NCBI GenBank assembly: GCA_012959465.1
Contig: DUDC01000167.1
Span: 1-10,103 of the forward strand
Source of the DNA: Planctomycetaceae bacterium
GTDB taxonomy: Bacteria > Planctomycetota > Planctomycetia > Pirellulales > Pirellulaceae
Length of the DNA: 10,103 nt
Direction: 5' to 3'
Shown: positions 6,138 through 10,103 of the stretch, in pieces
Position numbering within the stretch: the first letter of the stretch is position 1
Layout: each line of letters starts with the position of its first letter
Notes under the pieces: generated by a model
The model's database searches: none
The model's input: only the letters and a program-made list of their open reading frames with translations
Told to the model about the DNA's origin: nothing
Translations under genes and position numbers: made by a program

Positions 6138-7109
6138 TTGCCCATCGTGAGTATCTCTGCGGAAGTTGAAGAAATTGCCTCGGAAGCCGCTGTGGCATGC
6201 CAGCAGGTCATCGATCACATCGCCACGCAACTGGTTGGTCTTGAAGAAGTCGTTCGCATGTCGATCGCCGCCGTAATCTCCCGCGGACACGTGTTGCTGG
6301 AGGGCGTGCCCGGAACGGCGAAAACCACGCTCTGCCGGAATCTGGCCGCCGTGTTGGATCTAGACTACCACCGTATCCAGTTCACTCCTGACTTGCTGCC
6401 GACCGACGTGACCGGTACGAAGATCTTCGACCAAAAGTCCGGCGACTTTAGTTTGCAAAAGGGACCTGTGTTCTGTCAGTTTTTGCTGGCCGACGAGTTG
6501 AATCGGGCTCCTGCCCGTACACAGTCAGCATTGCTTGAGGCGATGCAGGAATGTCAGGTGACGATTGAAGGCGAGACGTTGGATCTACCGCAGCCGTTTG
6601 TCGTCATGGCAACGCAGAACCCTGTCGAGCAAGAGGGAGTCTATCGGCTACCAGAAGCGCAGCTGGATCGTTTTCTTTTTCGCCTAACAGTGGGTTATCC
6701 GGATCGCGTTGGTGAAATTGACTTGCTGGAGCTGCAGGAAGCTCCCGCCGACACACTTCGCGCGGTATGGAATACGGAGATGATTATTCGCCTACAACAG
6801 GCGGTAGATCGCGTCTACGGTTCGCGAGAGCTGAAGGAATACGTCGTCGATCTGGCTCGCGCCAGCCGAGAACATCCCGACATCCTTCTTGGCGCCAGTC
6901 CGCGGGCGGCCATCTTCTTGCAAAAAGCCTCCCGCGCTCGCGCACTGCTTCGCGGCGATTCGTATTTCACTCATGAAGACGTTCAAGCCGTGATGCGGCC
7001 CGTGCTCGCGCATCGGCTGATCATACGACCGGAGTCGGAACTTTCCGGACGGCTCATGGACGATGTGATTTCTGAGATCATTGCCGCCGTTCCTGTTCGC
7101 TCCGAGTAA
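6138..7109 (+). CDS. moxR: MoxR-family AAA+ ATPase.
   Basis: Walker A: LLEGVPGTAKTT. Walker B: FCQFLLADELNRAPARTQSALLEAMQE. The conserved MoxR core reads VTIEGETLDLPQPFVVMATQNPVEQEGVYRLPEAQLDRFLFRLTVGYP, followed by the C-terminal lid. The size is about 320 aa. The start is uncertain: TTG at 6138 as in the track, or GTG at 6147. There is no in-frame ATG upstream of the Walker A with sensible length. Confidence 0.95.
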   Translation: MPIVSISAEVEEIASEAAVACQQVIDHIATQLVGLEEVVRMSIAAVISRGHVLLEGVPGTAKTTLCRNLAAVLDLDYHRIQFTPDLLPTDVTGTKIFDQKSGDFSLQKGPVFCQFLLADELNRAPARTQSALLEAMQECQVTIEGETLDLPQPFVVMATQNPVEQEGVYRLPEAQLDRFLFRLTVGYPDRVGEIDLLELQEAPADTLRAVWNTEMIIRLQQAVDRVYGSRELKEYVVDLARASREHPDILLGASPRAAIFLQKASRARALLRGDSYFTHEDVQAVMRPVLAHRLIIRPESELSGRLMDDVISEIIAAVPVRSE

Positions 7110-7168
7110 CATGGGTCGACCACGATGTCGTTACCAAACAACCCGTTGCCTCTGTCAGTTGATGCCCG

Positions 7169-8869
7169 ATGAGTACCGCCCGCGCCCGTTCGATCGTCTT
7201 GCTTGGCCTGATCGGCTTAGTAGTCAGCATGGGCATTGGCAATGATGGGGCTGCGGTGGTTTGTTTGGCATTAATCCTCTGGGTCTCCTGGGAGTGGCTG
7301 CGATTCTGTTGGGCACTCGCCTACGCAAACCCCTTCTTCGTCGATCTATCGCGGAATATTCGCGGTGTCGGCAAGACCACTCGCATTATCGCCATCGAAC
7401 AGACGTACGAAGTGGAGTGCGTTGTACGCCCATCAGAACATTTGAACGGACTGCGAATCATCCTTGAGGACTTGGTGCCGGCTGGCTGCCATCTCCCATC
7501 GGAACCATCTTGGGTCGTGGAAGACTGCGATGGGAGTTCGATTCACTGGCAGTATCAGCTACGTCCAGTCGTCACTGGCGAGTTGAGAATGCTCGGGTTT
7601 CAAGCTCGCGTTTGCGATCGTTACGGGTTGTTTACCCGTTCCTTTCTGGTTCGACACGACCGGCATTTGACTGTGCTTCCGATGGTCGTTCGGCAGTCAG
7701 AGACGGTATCCGTTTTGAAACGAGACAACGTGCAGATCCTCAATGGAGGGCATCGATACCGGCGACCGGGTACTGGAATGGAATTACTTGGGATTCGAGA
7801 TTACCGGCACGGAGATCCGCCTCGCAACATTGCTTGGAAGGCCACAGCTCGTCGTGGGCACCTGATGACGTGTGAGTTTGAAAGTGAAGTCCCCGTGAGG
7901 TCGACAATCATTGCTGACTTGTCGGCCGGCCAATACCAGGGTAGACCCGGTCCGGCAACGGCCGATCGAACCATTGCGGCTATCGCTTCCATTGGCCGGG
8001 TATTACTTGCCGATCGAGACCCGGTTGGTTGTACATTGATTGCGGACTCACACCGCACTTCGATAAAACACGGTCATGGCGAGAGGCAGTTGACTCGTGT
8101 CTTCCAGACTATCTTCGCCCACGGCCGTCAGCACAGCGCGGTTTCCGAGTTTTCGGTCGACGATTTGGTCACCGCAGTATGGCATGCGGCCCAGCGACGA
8201 TTTCCCGAGTTGTTCGACGTGCGGCTAAACAAGCCTAGGCATAGCATCTTCGAACTTGGGCGTCGACGTCGAACATTGCGTGGAAGACGATCTCAACTGG
8301 CCTATCTCTGGACGTGCCTCAACGGTGATCCGTTTGCAATGGTCGCGCGGCTGCAGCACGATGACGTCGCCTTTCGCGATGCTGCAGCACGATTTGTCAC
8401 CGAGTACTCGGTGAATTTGCGACCGCCACTGCGTCGTTTCGACGTGGAACTAGATCATGCACTCCGCAAGCAGGCGATGAAGACGCTTTGTCAGGCCGTC
8501 CTTGAAGGCGTTACTCGCGCAAAAGACAATGAGCTGTTTGTGCTTGTTGGACAGCTGCCTGTCGATGATGACGACACTGAGTGTCTGGTCAAGACGATTC
8601 GACTGGCCAGAGCCAAATATCATCGCACGGTGTTTGTGGAAACACATTCACCGGAAACCTATATGCCGCAGGATCCAATCGCTAGCCAAATGCTCCGTGG
8701 AATGCACCAGGGAATCATGGGGAGGCGACGGAATGAACTCCATTCGAACTTGGTCGCCTTGGGAGCGCGGATGGCGAGGGTGGAAGATCCGCGGCTGATG
8801 GATGTTGTTCTGGCTGAGTTGGAATTGCTTAGACACGGACGTACAGGACTGGTGACACAGCCAAACTAG
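7169..8869 (+). CDS. DUF58 (degenerate vWA-like) protein, the usual MoxR partner. It has N-terminal TM helices and an unusually long C-terminal extension.
   Basis: The start is ATG 7169. N-terminal hydrophobic helices: IVLLGLIGLVVSMGIGNDGAAVVCLALILWVSWEW. The DUF58 signature reads LLGIRDYRHGDPPRNIAWKATARRGHLMTCEFESE (r.Y..GD..r.IdWkatAR.g.l.v.efe.e). It is followed by vWA-like beta-alpha units: STIIADLSAG ... AIASIGRVLLADRDPVGCTLIAD. The total is 566 aa. About 270 aa after the vWA-like region have no family I can recognise. Confidence 0.9.
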   Translation: MSTARARSIVLLGLIGLVVSMGIGNDGAAVVCLALILWVSWEWLRFCWALAYANPFFVDLSRNIRGVGKTTRIIAIEQTYEVECVVRPSEHLNGLRIILEDLVPAGCHLPSEPSWVVEDCDGSSIHWQYQLRPVVTGELRMLGFQARVCDRYGLFTRSFLVRHDRHLTVLPMVVRQSETVSVLKRDNVQILNGGHRYRRPGTGMELLGIRDYRHGDPPRNIAWKATARRGHLMTCEFESEVPVRSTIIADLSAGQYQGRPGPATADRTIAAIASIGRVLLADRDPVGCTLIADSHRTSIKHGHGERQLTRVFQTIFAHGRQHSAVSEFSVDDLVTAVWHAAQRRFPELFDVRLNKPRHSIFELGRRRRTLRGRRSQLAYLWTCLNGDPFAMVARLQHDDVAFRDAAARFVTEYSVNLRPPLRRFDVELDHALRKQAMKTLCQAVLEGVTRAKDNELFVLVGQLPVDDDDTECLVKTIRLARAKYHRTVFVETHSPETYMPQDPIASQMLRGMHQGIMGRRRNELHSNLVALGARMARVEDPRLMDVVLAELELLRHGRTGLVTQPN

Positions 8870-8927
8870 AATTCGACAGCGGATTTTCGACTTGGCAACA
8901 AACGACACTTTCAAACCAATTGAATCG

Positions 8928-9734
8928 ATGAACGAACCGTCCTCGAGATTTCGAACGAAGCGTCTTCCAACGCCACGTCGCGTTGGTGTCGTCGATTTGT
9001 GGCAGGCTCGAACGGTGGCCAACGTGTTTCTGTTTGTCGTTGCGACCGTATTGGCAACGAATTATTTCGGCACAGTTGCGATCTGGTTTCTGGTCTGCAC
9101 GACCACCCTTGCTGTGAGCCTTGGCCGAGCAGGTGTATTGGTGCTTGGACTTCCCGTGGCGGTTGTCGCCAGCCACCGTGACATCAGCCGATTTGCCCGC
9201 GAGTGGTCGTTTGAGTGGTCGTTTGTTGACGTGAACGACCTGTTTGTCGCCGGGCTGGCAATGGCGTTTATAGCGATCGCGTTTGCGAGATTGGAATTGG
9301 GGACGACAAATGTGTTGAAGTCCAACTTGAAAGCTAGTCGCGTGACCGAGGGCGAAAGATATCGGCTTCGTATCAACCTAAGTCTGTTTGTTTCGCCACT
9401 CATTGCTGCGTTACTGAGTCTGATCGTGCTGCATTGGCTTCCTTTCCGCAGCATTTCGCAGAGTGACAGCGGACTGATACGACCCACTACGCGGATGTTG
9501 ATTCTAGTTTGGGGGCTGGGAGCGACATTCTTGATCTGTAATGTCCTGTTCCGCTTGATCCTGTGGCGGCGACAGTCACCGATGCAGGCGCGGATGTATG
9601 TTCTGCAAACACTTGGTGATGGTCTCGGTGCCGAACAGCAGGCTATTGAACGAAAACGCAGTGCCATTGCGAAGAAACGCGAACGTCGCGCGTCCTCGGC
9701 TGCGAAAGTTACCGTCACAAGGAGAAACAACTGA
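8928..9734 (+). CDS. Polytopic (about 6-TM) membrane protein of unknown family. It is the fifth gene of the cluster.
   Basis: The track ORF 8892-9734 starts at TTG. The first in-frame ATG is 8928 (MNEPSSRFRTKRLPTPRR...). Hydrophobic segments are VANVFLFVVATVLATNYFGTVAIWFLVCTTTLAVSL, GVLVLGLPVAVVASH, LFVAGLAMAFIAIAFARL, LSLFVSPLIAALLSLIVLHWLPF and MLILVWGLGATFLICNVLFRLILW. The C-terminus is basic (KRSAIAKKRERRASS). It is on the same strand, 58 bp after DUF58. Its stop TGA 9732-9734 overlaps the next ATG. Confidence 0.65.
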   Translation: MNEPSSRFRTKRLPTPRRVGVVDLWQARTVANVFLFVVATVLATNYFGTVAIWFLVCTTTLAVSLGRAGVLVLGLPVAVVASHRDISRFAREWSFEWSFVDVNDLFVAGLAMAFIAIAFARLELGTTNVLKSNLKASRVTEGERYRLRINLSLFVSPLIAALLSLIVLHWLPFRSISQSDSGLIRPTTRMLILVWGLGATFLICNVLFRLILWRRQSPMQARMYVLQTLGDGLGAEQQAIERKRSAIAKKRERRASSAAKVTVTRRNN

Positions 9735-9946
9735 TGTGGTACGGCATACGTGAGGCGGTAGGGTGGGCAATTGTCCTACTGGGACTGGGGATGATTGCGC
9801 TACTGGTCAACATGGCTGTTGATCGCCAGATTCTCGAGGCGATTGCCATGACGCTGCCAGCGACCGTGGTCTTCCGATCCGGTATTGGGCTCGTCCGCTT
9901 GGCGACGTCCGGTCGCATGGCAGCCAGATTAGATGCCGAGAGATGA
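9734..9946 (+). CDS. Small (70-aa) two-TM membrane protein. It is coupled to the preceding gene through a TGATG overlap.
   Basis: MWYGIREAVGWAIVLLGLGMIALLVNMAVDRQILEAIAMTLPATVVFRSGIGLVRLATSG. It has two hydrophobic stretches. The ATG at 9734-9736 shares its A with the upstream TGA. The competing long antisense ORFs (9062-9730, 9715-10086) have Arg/Ser/Thr-rich junk-like composition. Confidence 0.5.
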   Translation: MWYGIREAVGWAIVLLGLGMIALLVNMAVDRQILEAIAMTLPATVVFRSGIGLVRLATSGRMAARLDAER

Positions 9947-9955
9947 GCGTTGCCA

Positions 9956-9987
9956 GGTGAAGAACGGTCGTCATTCACCGCTTTTCT
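9956..9987 (+). terminator. Weak candidate intrinsic terminator: GGTGAA (9956-9961) / TTCACC (9974-9979) 6-bp stem, 12-nt loop, then GC TTTTCT.
   Basis: The inverted repeat and the 4-T run were read directly. The stem is short and the loop long, so this is marginal. Confidence 0.2.
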
Positions 9988-10003
9988 GTCGCACACCGAT
10001 GTG

Positions 10004-10103
10004 ATGGAAGAGGAAGGAATAGATGTCCACCGATTGCTCGATCGCCTGCGACAGCGATTGGTCCAAGCCGTGCCCGGCGTTTGCACTTGTACGCAGCAGG
10101 ATC
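10004..10103 (+). CDS. Possible 5' end of a further plus-strand gene running off the right edge.
   Basis: ATG at 10004 opens MEEEGIDVHRLLDRLRQRLVQAVPGVCTCTQQD..., with helical, protein-like composition, and stays open to the window edge. Only 33 codons are visible, so this is tentative. Confidence 0.25.
   Translation, partial: MEEEGIDVHRLLDRLRQRLVQAVPGVCTCTQQD

Noticed and set aside
9062-10086. Minus-strand ORFs 9062-9730 (222 aa) and 9715-10086 (123 aa)
   Set aside because: They are antisense to plus-strand genes that have clean TM-helix periodicity and translational coupling. The minus-strand translations are Arg/Ser/Thr-rich and have no hydrophobic or domain organisation.
1-10103. Mobile element, genomic island or defence-island signatures
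   Set aside because: I found no integrase, transposase, tRNA, flanking direct repeats or CRISPR repeats. GC content and codon style look uniform across the window. The MoxR-DUF58 module is a widespread chromosomal cluster, not one of the MoxR-vWA ternary conflict systems; those carry effector domains, which are absent here.

Overview
This 10.1-kb window is gene-dense and about 56-58% GC by eye. The ORF track had to use TTG/GTG starts in several places, and only one gene (the Dabb protein) has a recognisable Shine-Dalgarno. The style resembles Planctomycetota/Pirellulaceae-like chromosomal DNA; that is an inference, not a database hit.

Layout:
(i) Minus strand, 90-1691: a 533-aa flotillin-like SPFH/band-7 membrane protein. 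It is followed 3 nt later by a partial membrane-protein gene (86 to window edge).
(ii) 360-bp divergent intergenic region carrying an exact 11-bp direct repeat.
(iii) Plus strand, 2052-2846: a secreted (possible lipoprotein) protein made of two tandem Dabb stress-responsive alpha/beta-barrel domains.
(iv) Plus strand, 3145-9946: a six-gene cluster with tight or overlapping junctions. Order: signal-peptide/TM protein with a C-terminal DUF4129-like domain, DUF4350 (GldG-like) membrane protein, MoxR AAA+ ATPase, DUF58 (vWA-like) protein, 6-TM protein, 70-aa TM protein. The partial ORF at 10004+ may belong to it.

The cluster is the widespread but functionally uncharacterised MoxR-DUF58-DUF4129-DUF4350 membrane module, here with several unusual elaborations. 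I see no rRNA, tRNA, CRISPR, transposase/integrase or obvious mobile-element boundaries. I also see nothing I can defend as a genuinely new system beyond the uncharacterised status of this module.
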